Source: Eledone cirrhosa (taxonomy: Eukaryota). From it: 64,000 bases of DNA. The translations under genes were made by a program, and so were the position numbers. Below the pieces are notes generated by a model. It had not been told where the DNA came from. It saw nothing but the letters and a program-made list of their open reading frames with translations, and made no database searches. The stretch covers positions 256,184,001 through 256,248,000 of the forward strand of contig OZ024740.1 in NCBI GenBank assembly GCA_964016885.1. Direction: 5' to 3'. Positions 46,421 through 57,209 of this stretch are shown here, piece after piece (position 1 is the stretch's first letter; every line of letters starts with the position of its first letter).

Positions 46421-49400
46421 ATCCGTACTTAGAATAGGCAGTATAAATGTACGTGGCCTGGGGTCATCTTGAAGCAGGGTCACCTGCTCAACGATCTCAG
46501 GTCACTAAACATAGATGTGGTGACCATCAGCGACACCAGAATCTCCGAAGCACGAGCTTTCGCACCGATCTTCGGCGGCTACGATGTTTACGCATCTCCC
46601 AGTTGTCCAGGATCGGACGAAGGGGTTGCCGTCCTTTTTCGGAGAGGTTTGGATCTCGCCATACGGACCATCTTCCTGGACCCAGAAGGTAAATCGTTGG
46701 TGCTGGACGTGACCGGCAGCGAAGGCAATGCTTTCAGGCTAGTAGCTATCTGGGGCAGGACGGCGAGATTTCTTCAGACGTCTAGAGACCTTTCTTGGAA
46801 CGTCCCGCCCTTTAGTGTTAGTGGGCGACTGGAACGGTATCTTGGATGCATGCTGGTATTGTGTGGGCTAGTGGATAAAGGAGGAGGGTGCAAGAGCCTC
46901 ACCAACCTGCTCAGACGTTTTGAACTGTCTGACAGGTATCGACTGGATCACCCGAATGTGCCAATGTGGACATGGACAAACCGCATCGGGTCATCCAGAT
47001 CGTATCTCGATAGGGTATTCTGCAGAGAACTAGATAAGGTTAGTATAAGTTTTCCACATTTTAAAATAGTCGACTACACAGACCACACATTTGTGATCTG
47101 TGAGTTCGTCATAGACAGACTCCATAGACAATGACACGGTTACTGGAAGATGAACGCGTCTTTCCCGGCTCGCAAAGCCTACAGAGACCGGATTAGCGTA
47201 TTAGTTAAGCGGGCGTTGACGGGAGCGGTCGTTAACAACAGGTGGTGGTTTGCCCTGAGAAGGGCAATTAAAGTAGAGTCGATTAGGTTTAGCAAAGGAG
47301 TAGTGATAGAGGAAAATAGAGTAGAGGGAGAGCTAGTCATAAAGCTAGAAGAAGCGTTTAGGACAGGCATCGCAACCGACGTGCTTGCGGCGAGATTGGC
47401 ACTCGACCAATTCTTCAACGCAAAACACGAAGGCTCTGAAACATGAGGAGACGAAAGCCGTCAAATGGGCCCGGGTGGCAGAGAGCGACGTGACAACAAA
47501 GCCACAATTCAGTCTTTGTCTGACCAAAACGTCCGCGTGCTGCTCGAACCCGAGCAGATGTTTGAGGTTTTCAGCGGCACTTTGCTGAGCTGTTCGGGAG
47601 CAGCGGCGGGCCGGATCGGGGTATGGACTTCAGTGCATACGTCGACAGACGGCTTCAGCTCTGGACGACCGCAGCACAGTGTTGCGAAAAGCCAATAACA
47701 GCCGGTGAAATATGGGAAGCGATGGCAAACTGCTGGAGGGGTAAATCGCCAGGTTTGGATGGTCTGCCCTACGAGCTTTATGCATTTATGCCAGACTTGT
47801 TCGGTGACCTCTTGGCAGACGTCTACAGCAACTGGCAGCAGAACGGTAGCATTCCCAGATTTGTGAGCCGGGGAGCGGTGGCGCTGCTGAGAAAAGACCC
47901 GAACAATGTGGATGTTATCGATAACTTCAGGCCCATAACTCTCCTAAACGCAGTGTTCAAGATGTTGACCAAGGTGTTAGAAACGAGATTGGGGCTTGTC
48001 GTTGAGGATCTGGTGGGAAAGGTGCAGACATGCGCCATTCCGGACAGATCTATAGACGACAACCTCCACCTCATGCGATACATCGTAGAGAGGGTGGTTA
48101 AGGAACCTGGCACGGGTGCGGCACTGATCAACTTAGTTCAATCCAAAGCATTTGATAGGGTCGACCATCGGTACCTGACTGCGGTCCTCGAGGCAGCCGG
48201 TTTCAGGCCCGTTTTCAGGGGTTGGATCGCTACGATGTACAGCGACATCTGCTCGGTTGTGAGGGTGAACGGTCACCTTTCGCAGCCGTTCAGCATCATG
48301 CGCTCGGTTCGCCAGGATGTTCCCTTCTCGTCCCTCTTGTACGTATTGTCTCTCGAGCCGTTACTGCACAAACTGGAGGCGATGAGGTGCGTCCTACGCG
48401 AACTGGGATGCGGGAAATCCGAGTTGGCTTACGCCGACGACGTCACCGTGGTGGTGTCGAGCACTAGACATGTCGGCACCGCTCTCAAGGAATACGAAGC
48501 TGTGACAGGAGCAAAGATAAACCAGGAAAAGTCGGTGGGCTTGCACCTGGAGAGGCAAATCTTGCTGTCCGACAGCGTCGTGGGGAGTTGGACGGACGGA
48601 CCAGTTAAATTGCTCCGGGTCTGGTTAGGACCAGACCTCCAAACGGAGAAAAACTGGAGCGAGCTGACGAACAATGTGGCCTCCCTCACTCAGAAATGGG
48701 CCGAGAGGAAGCTGTCCCTGAAAGGCCAGGTGGAAGTGGCGAATGCGTACATCGCATCCGTCATCTGCTAACGCCGCAACGTCGCCCCTTGCTCCGGCCT
48801 AATTCTCACCAAAATGGAGCGCTTCCTCTTCCGCTTTTTGTGGAAGGGACGCGCTCCCATGGTCAGACGATCCATCTGCTATTAACACCCGTTGCGTGGA
48901 GGATTGGGAAAGCTATGACTGATGATGCGCAAACATGCGCTGAGGCTGCGACATCTCTGGTGTTTCCTTGACGGTGAACAGGTGTGGTCGCCGTTCGCCA
49001 GGCATCTTTTCCCACACCTCGTCTCCTTGACGGAGCTGCAGTCTTGGGTCAGGAAAAGACCGAGGGATAGCACTTGGAAACTGGAATGTCTCCAGGCGCT
49101 CACTGCCCTCTGCCAGCTGGGCACCAGTATCGGTGGATACCTCGTCGTTCTATAGAGGATTAGTGGAGAGGAAGAGCGACGACGTACTCGGAGAGATCCT
49201 GGTCGTCGAAGAAGATCAGCTGTTTGCTCTCTTCCGGAGAACTTTCAGCTCAGGACCTATGGATAACTTCCAAAAATCCCTGGCCTGGCAGTGCTACCGG
49301 GGAGCGTTGCCGGTTCGAGATTAGCTCTACAGGCACGGAAGTGCCGTCAGCCAAGCCTGTCCGAGATGCGCACAGAGCGACGAAACCGTCGTGCACGCAC

Positions 49401-49745
49401 TCGTTCAGTGCCCGAACATTACTGATTTGTGGAGCTATGTCGAACAGTTGCTGTCGCGTGTAGGACTGATCCGGTTATCGGCTGAGTCCATTGTGCAGAT
49501 GGTCTCGCCTTCTTCCTTCGAGGAGGAAGGGCAGGCGGTTTTCATCTGCCTGGTGGCCATGGCGAAAGAGATTGTGTGGTGGACAAGGTTGAAAGGGTTA
49601 AAGACAGACACTTTCCTCTTCGGCGAATCCCTGATTAACATTTTTAGTTTCACTTGAAGAGGAAAACCAGGGTGGAGAGGCAAGTGGTGCCTTCTAGCAA
49701 GTTTGTTGAAAGGTGGGTGAATGTAGCGAGAATGATCCGCTCTGA
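46421..49745 (+). pseudogene. LINE ORF2 (APE-RT-CCHC), copy 2
   Basis: Motifs LRIGSINVRG, SYLDRVF, YTDH, KSPGLDGLP, FRPITLLN, QSKAFDRVDH and YADD (in ORF 47623-48771), and CPRC...H...C. Multiple disruptions. Confidence 0.95.
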
Positions 49746-49845
49746 ATAAAAATCTTTACACGCACAAAACACACATCGTACCGTCCTGTACCGTCCTGTG
49801 CCGTCTGTAATGTTTTCTTGATGTCTTGTGGCCAATAAAGAAATC

Positions 49846-49887
<42 letters not shown>

Positions 49888-50098
49888 GGCGACCTACGTA
49901 GTAAATCGTATCATCGTGAGCTCCGCAAAGGTTTGTTATTTCCGTTTGTTAAAAATTGCCATTTATGGAAAATTTTTATTGTTAACCATATATAAGCGCA
50001 CATACATTGTTTTCCGAAAAGGACACCCAAAAAAGATTGGGGCCTTGTGCCCAAAATTTTAACTTTTATTATTATCAAAAAATTTCTTTGAAAAAAAA

Positions 50099-51940
50099 AT
50101 GGCTAATTCACCTCTGCACGAAGCAGCTGAAAGCCTTTCTCACAAATTAACACCTCACACCGACACCACCATTGTAAATGTTACTACGTTTGCCAACACT
50201 AAAAAAAATATAAGCACTAGCAATATTTTAAATTTGTCTCAGGCAGACATTCATTTCCCGCCATTACCAATGACTGCAGGTGTTAAAGCCTCCACCACCA
50301 CCACCACCGCGACAACAGAAACAAAAGAAGAAAAAAATAAATCAACTCGTGATGTCGAAATGAAATCAAGCAAAATGGACTCTTCCCCACCAAAGACGAC
50401 TGACGTCACCACCACCACAACTGAAACTAAAATTAATATTAACACAAATAACGATAGCAACAACAACAACAATGACATTATAAAACCGACCCTCAGTTTC
50501 GCCAGAGTAGCAAAACAGTTCGAAGCATTTACGGTAACTCAGGAGGATTTAGAAAATGACAAACAAATGGTAAAGAAAGATGGGTACAGGGTCAGCCCCC
50601 CCCCACCTAATAAAATGGAGCATCGGCGCCTATGCACCGTGTCGTATAGAACAATAAATGTAAAATCGCGCCGAGTGGAACGGGCATCCGAGTCCCAAAT
50701 CCAAAAAGCTTTGGGACATGTGTGGGCAAGAAAAACCCACATCAGACGTGGGCAAAAGTATGGAACCGTGGACGTGTTCTTTGAAACACCAGAGGAGGCT
50801 AGAGAACACTCCATGGCCCCATTAAGCAGTGACGACTTCACACTCGTCCCAAGTTATTGTGGCCAGAGACTCGTAAAGATCAGGGTGACCCACGTTCCAC
50901 CGGCCATCGAAATTCCCTGGCTAATAGCGGCCGTCCTCGCCGGCATCGAAGCCAACACAAAAATAATAGCAATAGCAAAAGAAAAGCAGGAGAACTGGTC
51001 CGGATCTGGGATGGAGCTCCTGATCCAAGCGGACCAAAAAAGCATTGAGGAGATCCCAGAGGTAATAGACCTCACTGACGGCAGCCCCCTCACGGTAATT
51101 GTCGAGGGCAGAAGACCTAGGTGTGTCGTTTGTGGTGAAGGAACCCACCTAAGGGCTTTCTGCCCTCAAGCTAAAAGGTTGAGGCCACCTCTCCTACCCA
51201 CCCCAGTGACACAACCATCAACACCACCAGTAGCAGAGATGGCAGCAACAACTGTAGCAGCAACAACAGAAGCAACTATAACAGCAACAACCCCAGCAAC
51301 AGTAGCAAAACCAACACCACCACCAGCAAAACCAACACCACCACCACCCAACGCTTCAGAACTAGCACCAGCGCCTACACCATCCACCACGCCACAACCA
51401 AAACTAACGCCTGTGGAGGATTTTCCACTCCCCGGCCTATCACAACTGGAGACAGATTGTGACGACGAGGAGTGGGCAACGATATCCGGAAAAAAAAAAG
51501 AAACCAAAAAAGAAAAAAATTCTCTTCCTTCCCCCTCCAAAAACAAAATACAGAGGGAAACAAATAAACTAAGAAACAAAAAATTTAGGACAGATATGCC
51601 ACCATCCACACCAGCATCACCAACCCCATCAACCCAAACACCAACACCATCACCATCATTAACTCCAACACCACCATCACCTACACCACAAAAGTCACCA
51701 AAATGCGAAACAGAAACAAACCCACAACAAACGCAAACAAAACAAAACAACCAAAACGATACACACTACACAGCATTAAATTTGAACAACAAGCAATTAT
51801 TACACTACATCCAACACAACACCAGCATCACAGAAAAAGACTACACAACAACCCCAAAATTCACACCACCTCCACACATACAAATCACTCGCATCACACA
51901 GAAAACGTACATGACAAGCACTCTCCAGGAGGATTTATAA
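50099..51940 (+). CDS. LINE ORF1 protein, 613 aa
   Basis: LSFARVAK motif, globular RRM-like middle, CX2CX4HX4C knuckle CVVCGEGTHLRAFC and Pro/Thr-rich tail. Comparison with copy 1 suggests a small deletion near 51910 shifted the last ~30 codons (ancestral stop ~52016). Confidence 0.9.
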   Translation: MANSPLHEAAESLSHKLTPHTDTTIVNVTTFANTKKNISTSNILNLSQADIHFPPLPMTAGVKASTTTTTATTETKEEKNKSTRDVEMKSSKMDSSPPKTTDVTTTTTETKININTNNDSNNNNNDIIKPTLSFARVAKQFEAFTVTQEDLENDKQMVKKDGYRVSPPPPNKMEHRRLCTVSYRTINVKSRRVERASESQIQKALGHVWARKTHIRRGQKYGTVDVFFETPEEAREHSMAPLSSDDFTLVPSYCGQRLVKIRVTHVPPAIEIPWLIAAVLAGIEANTKIIAIAKEKQENWSGSGMELLIQADQKSIEEIPEVIDLTDGSPLTVIVEGRRPRCVVCGEGTHLRAFCPQAKRLRPPLLPTPVTQPSTPPVAEMAATTVAATTEATITATTPATVAKPTPPPAKPTPPPPNASELAPAPTPSTTPQPKLTPVEDFPLPGLSQLETDCDDEEWATISGKKKETKKEKNSLPSPSKNKIQRETNKLRNKKFRTDMPPSTPASPTPSTQTPTPSPSLTPTPPSPTPQKSPKCETETNPQQTQTKQNNQNDTHYTALNLNNKQLLHYIQHNTSITEKDYTTTPKFTPPPHIQITRITQKTYMTSTLQEDL

Positions 51941-52049
51941 AGACATCCTTCCTGAGGAGGCCACAAGCAGTGAAAAGGATGGAAAAACCGTCCTTCCCCT
52001 ACGAGAAGTAAGGTAGTGGTCTTTCCCATCTTTTCCACTCCTTTGCAAC

Positions 52050-55000
52050 ATGACCTCACTCAGAATAGGCAGCATAAATGCGCGTGGCTTGGGGTCGTCA
52101 TGGAAGCAGGGCCACCTGCTCAACGACCTCAAGTCACTAAACATAGATGTAGTGGCCATCAGCGAGACCAGAATCTCCGAAGCACAGGCTTTCGCACCGA
52201 TCTTCGGCGACTACGATGTGTACGCATCTCCCAGCCGTCCGGGATTGGGGGAAGGAGTTGCTGTGCTTTTTCGGAGAGGTTTGGATCTTGCCATACGGGC
52301 CATCTTCCTGGACCCAGAAGGTAAGTTGGTGGTGCTGGACGTGACCAGCGGAGACGGGCAAGCTTTCAGGTTAGTGGCCGTCTATGCCCCGACAGGAGCA
52401 GGGCGGCCTGATTTCTTCCGGCGTCTGGAGACCTTTCTTGGAACGTCCCGCTCTTTAGTGTTAGTGGGCGACTGGAACGGGATCTTAGATGCACGCTGGG
52501 ATTGTGTGGGATTAGCGGATATGGGAGGAAGGTGCAAGAGTCTCACCAACCTGCTCAGACGTTTTGAACTGTCTGACAGGTACCGAATGGATTTCCCGAA
52601 TGTACCAATGTGGACTTGGACAAATCGCATAGGGTCATCCAGATCATATCTAGATAGAGTATTTTGTAGGGAAATAGATAGGTCTAGCATAGGCTGTCCA
52701 CAATTCAAGATAGTCAGCTACACGGACCACAAATTCGTGATCTGTGTGCTTGACTTAGATAGGCTTCATAGGCGAGGACCCGGCTACTGGAAGCTAAACG
52801 CTTCCTTACCAGCGCGCAAGGCCTACATAGACCGGATTAGCGAACTAGTTAAGCGGGCGTTGACGGGGGCCATCGTCAACAACAAGTGGTGGTTTGCTCT
52901 GAAAAGAGGAATTAGAATAGAGTCCATTAGGTTTAGTAAGACTTTAGCAATAGAGAAAAATAGAGCAGAGGGAGAACTAGTTAGAAAATTAGATGAGGCG
53001 CTTAGCAAAGGCATCGCGACCGACGTACTTGCGGCGAAATTGGCCCTTGACCAATTCTTCAATGCAAAGCACGAAGGCTGCGTTGTCAGAGCTAGGGTGC
53101 GTTCTCTCAGACACGAGGGGACAAACGCCGTTCAATGGGCCCGAGTGGCGGAGGCGCGTCGTGGCAACAAAGCCACGATCCGGTCTTTGGTGGACCACGA
53201 CGGGCGCATGCTACTCGATCCCGGGCAAATGTGTGAAGCTTTTCAGTGACACTTCGCTCAAATATTCGGGGGCAGTGGCGAGCCGGATCGAGGGATGGAC
53301 TTTAGTGTCTACCTCGATGGACTGCCGCGGCTTTCGGCCACTGAGGCGGAGTGTTGCGAAAAGCCGATAACAACCGCTGAAGTACGGGATGCAATGATTA
53401 GTTGCACAAGCGGTAAATCGCCTGGTTTGGATGGTCTGCCCTATGAACTTTACGTACAAATTCCAAACTTGTTCGGAGGCCTCTTGGCGGACGTCTACTG
53501 CAACTGGCAACAGAACGGGAGAATTCCCAGCTCTGTGAGCCGAAGAGCGGTGGCGCTGCTGAGAAAGGATCCGAACAAGGGGGATAACATAGATAATTTT
53601 AGGTCCATAACTCTGCTAAACACAGAGTTCAAGATTTTGGCCAAGGTGCTAGCAAAGAGGTTGGCGCTTGTCGTTGGTGGTCTAGTGGGAGAGGCGTAGA
53701 CATGCGCCATTCCCGACAGATCCATCCACGACAACCTCCACCTCATGCGATACATCGTAGAGAGGGTAGCTAGGGAACCTGGCACGGGTGGGTCTTTAAT
53801 CAATTTAGATCAGTCGAAAGCCTTCGATAGGGTCGACCATCGTTACCTAGAGGCAGTCCCGAGGGCGGCTGGCTTTGGGCCCGTCTTCAGAGGCTGGATC
53901 GCTGCCATGCACAGCAACATCTGCTCTGTAGTGAGAGTGAACGGTCACCTTTCGGAACCGTTCAACATCATGCGCTCGGTCCGCCAAGGATGTCCCCTCT
54001 CATCCCTATTGTACGTATTGACTCTCGAGCCATTACTGCACAAACTGGAGACGTTGAGAGGGATCCCGCGCGAACTATGATGCGGAAGACCCGTGTCAGC
54101 ATATGCCGACGATGTCCCCGTAGTGGTGTCGAACGCCAAACACATCGAGGCGATCGGCACTACACTAAGAGAATACGAAGCGGTGACAGGAGCAATGATC
54201 AACCAGGAAAAGTCAGTGGGCCTGCAGCTCGGCACCTGGAGAGGCAGGTCCATGCCGTCCAACAGCGTCGTCGGGCGCTGGACAGACGGACCGGTTAAAT
54301 TGCTAGGGGTCTGGTTCGGTCCAGACCTCCAGACGGACAAAAACTGGGACGAGGTGACGAGCAGGGTGGCTTCTCTCACCCAGAAATGGGCCGAGAGGAA
54401 GCTATCCCTGAAAGGTCGAGCGGAGGTGGCTAACGCGTACATCGCGTCCGTCATCTACTACCGCCTGACCGTCGTACCTTGTCCTAAGCCCCGCCTGACT
54501 GCGCTGGAGCGTTTGCTCTTTCGCTTCTTGTGGAAGGGACGCGCTCCGATGGTCAGGCGGTCCATCTGCTGTCAACACCCGCTACGTGGAGGGCTGGGAT
54601 GCCGTGGCTGATGATGCGCAGACACGCGCTCAGGCTACGACATCTCCACCTCTTCCTCGACGGTGATCAGGTGTGGTCGCCGTTTGCTAGACACGTTTTT
54701 CCCCAGCTCGTCTCCTTGACGGAGCTGCAGTCCTGGGTCAAGCGAAGACCGAGAGGGAGCGCTTGGAAACTGGAATGTCTTCAGGCGCTCGCAGCCCTCG
54801 GCCAATTGGGCAATGTGATCGGTGGAAACTCCACCTTGGCGTTCTACAGGGGATTAGTGGAGGGGAAGAGCGACGACGTACTTGGAGAAACTCTAGGCGT
54901 CGACGAAAATCAACTAGCCAATCTCTTCGGAAGGACTTTCGGGCCGGGGCCTATGGACAACTTCCAGAAATCCCTGGCCTGGCAGTGCTACCGGGGTGCT

Positions 55001-55468
55001 TTGCCAGTTCGGGATAAACTTTACAGGCATGGAGGTGCCGTCAGCCGGGCATGTCCGAGATGCGCACAGGGCGACGAAACCGTCCTGCACGCACTCGTCC
55101 AGTGTCCGAGCATTGCTGACTTGTGGGTTTATGTCGAACACCTGCTGTCACGTGTAGGACGGATCCAGCTATCAGCTGAGTCCATCGTGAGGATTGCCCC
55201 GCCCCCTTCCTTTAGCCGGGAAGGGCAGGCAGTTTTTATCTGTCTGGTGGCCATGGCGAAAGAGATAATATGGTGGACACGTTTGAAAGGGCTGAAGACG
55301 AGCACTTACCTCTTCGGTGATGCCCTGATTAACTTTTTCAAATTTCATTTGAAAAGGAAAATCAGGGTAGAGAGGGAAGTGCTCTCTTCCCAGTATTTTG
55401 TTGAAAGATGGGTGAGAGAAGCAAGTATGGCCCGAATGAATGGGCCTTCTCTGAGTATGTGTCTGTAA
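52050..55468 (+). pseudogene. LINE ORF2 polyprotein (~1,140 aa): APE endonuclease, RT, C-terminal CCHC zinc finger
   Basis: APE motifs LRIGSINARG, AISET, VGDWN, SYLDRVF and YTDH. Linker GPGYWKLN. RT motifs KSPGLDG, LDQSKAFDRVDH, RQGCPLS, YADD and LLGVWF. Finger CPRC-X8-H-X4-C. Three in-frame stops (ending 53249, 53699, 54080) and one 1-nt frameshift near 54598. Confidence 0.97.
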
Positions 55469-55714
55469 ATTAAAGGTGGAAAACTGGGAGAGGGCACTTG
55501 CCCTGGTGGTCAGGGCCACTGTGGTCTTTTAATGGGCTTTCTCCACAAATGTCCCTTGGAAGTCTCCCCCCTATTGAGGAATTTTTCTTTGTTATTTTAT
55601 TTCAACCTCTGTTTTTTTACACGCAGAAATGCCCATTTGTACCGTCCTGTATTGTCCTGTACTGTCCTTAATGTCTACTTTATGTGAACCCTTGTGGTTA
55701 ATAAAGAAAACATT

Positions 55715-55745
<31 letters not shown>

Positions 55746-55914
55746 TTTGGAGCCACATGTGTAAAGACGTTACAACTTTGCGGGAGAAAAATTTCGTAAT
55801 TTTAAGCTGTTTTAAATATTATTTTGTGTATTTTCTTGTCGATAACGGAAACCTCTCAATATTCGGGATTTAAGCCCGAATATTCGGATCTATTTACCCC
55901 CCACCCCTAAAAAA

Positions 55915-57180
55915 ATGGGAAATTTCGACCTTGAAACGGTAAACACCTTCCAGGTAAAAAGGTCAAAAAGAGCCACTAGAGCTCCCAACACTACTATTAC
56001 TACGACAGACATGAGAGATATGTCTGTTGTCAACTCTACTGAATGTAAGAAGACAACACTGTATCACTTGCAACCGACATTACCACCACCACCTCAACAA
56101 CAACCAAGAAAACAACATCAACAGACTCAATATAAAAACTAATAACGGTAGAAGTAACAACAATAAACAAAACAAGTACAACAACAACAACAACAACAAT
56201 AAACAAAACAACAAGTACAACAACAACAACAACAGAAAGAACGACAGCACTGCTTCGTCTGCGGAGAAGCAACGCATTTGCAAACCTTCGCAAAAGTGCA
56301 GGGGGTCGAAAACCTCCTTTGCTGCCAACACCAGTGTCGACACGAAAAGTTCCACCACCACCAACAATGACATGGGCAGCCCCTCCAACAGCAAAAACAG
56401 CCGGACCACCACCAGCTACGACACCAATACAAGGGGAAAACGAGGAGAGCTCTCCCACTTCCCCTACCCCTCAAAATATACACATGGACAACACCATAAA
56501 CGCACTCACAGCCACGGACCCTTTGTCTTCCAGTAGTGAAGATGAAGGAAAACACAAAAGTGCCAAAAAGCAAGAGAAAACTCACAAAAACTCACAAAAC
56601 ACAAAACTCACAAAACACAAAAACATACACAACAAAAAATACAGACACCACCAACGCAAACACTTCCCCAATAACATCAACACCAACGTCAACGTCAACA
56701 TCAACATCACCCTAAACGCAAACAACCTAAACAAACACAAGAACAAATAAACACATAGACACCTGAAATTTCAGATACCACACCTACAACATACACGGAC
56801 ATACCCGAAACAACACTAACAAACCATCACCACCATAGTCACCGAAACGAAAACAAATAAAACCACATCAACAAAACATTAAAAACTTCGGGCTTGTCAG
56901 AAGGGTCAACGAGAAATTGATGGCTCTCTTAGCACGAAGCGAGGACATTCAAACAGAGGGAAAGTTCTTTGGATTGAGCACATTTTGCGTGCCAGAAGAT
57001 TTGTTTCTGGTGCGAATGTCGCTTCATTCCTACAAAGAAATTCGAGAGAGCTTTCCTCAGGAAGTGGGAACCACGAACGTGAAACCCATATCGAGACTTT
57101 TAAAGGCGTTCCCGAAAGAATCCCCACCAACCATGGAGGTCGAACTACCCGACCTTCACAAGAACCCGGGAGGTAAGTAA
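55915..57180 (+). pseudogene. LINE ORF1, copy 4, central domain deleted
   Basis: Asn-rich tract, then TFAKV joined directly to KPPLLPTP at ~56300. C-terminal VRMSLHSYKEIRESFPQEVG is weakly similar to the other ORF1 ends. Confidence 0.7.
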
Positions 57181-57209
57181 ATCTTCCCTCGCTCTTTTAG
57201 CTTGCCAAC

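Larger units (their letters stand above)
44699..49887 (+). mobile_element. Tx1/L1-clade LINE, copy 2 (different subfamily, decayed)
   Basis: Distinct 5'UTR and Asn-rich ORF1; homologous ORF2; AATAAA at 49834; pure (TTA)n tail at 49847-49887; 3'UTR partly deleted. Confidence 0.95.
49888..55748 (+). mobile_element. Tx1/L1-clade LINE, copy 3 (full length, least decayed; same subfamily as copy 1)
   Basis: ~210-nt 5'UTR, open 613-aa ORF1, nearly intact ORF2, 3'UTR, AATAAA at 55700 and (TTA)n tail at 55712-55747. Confidence 0.97.
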
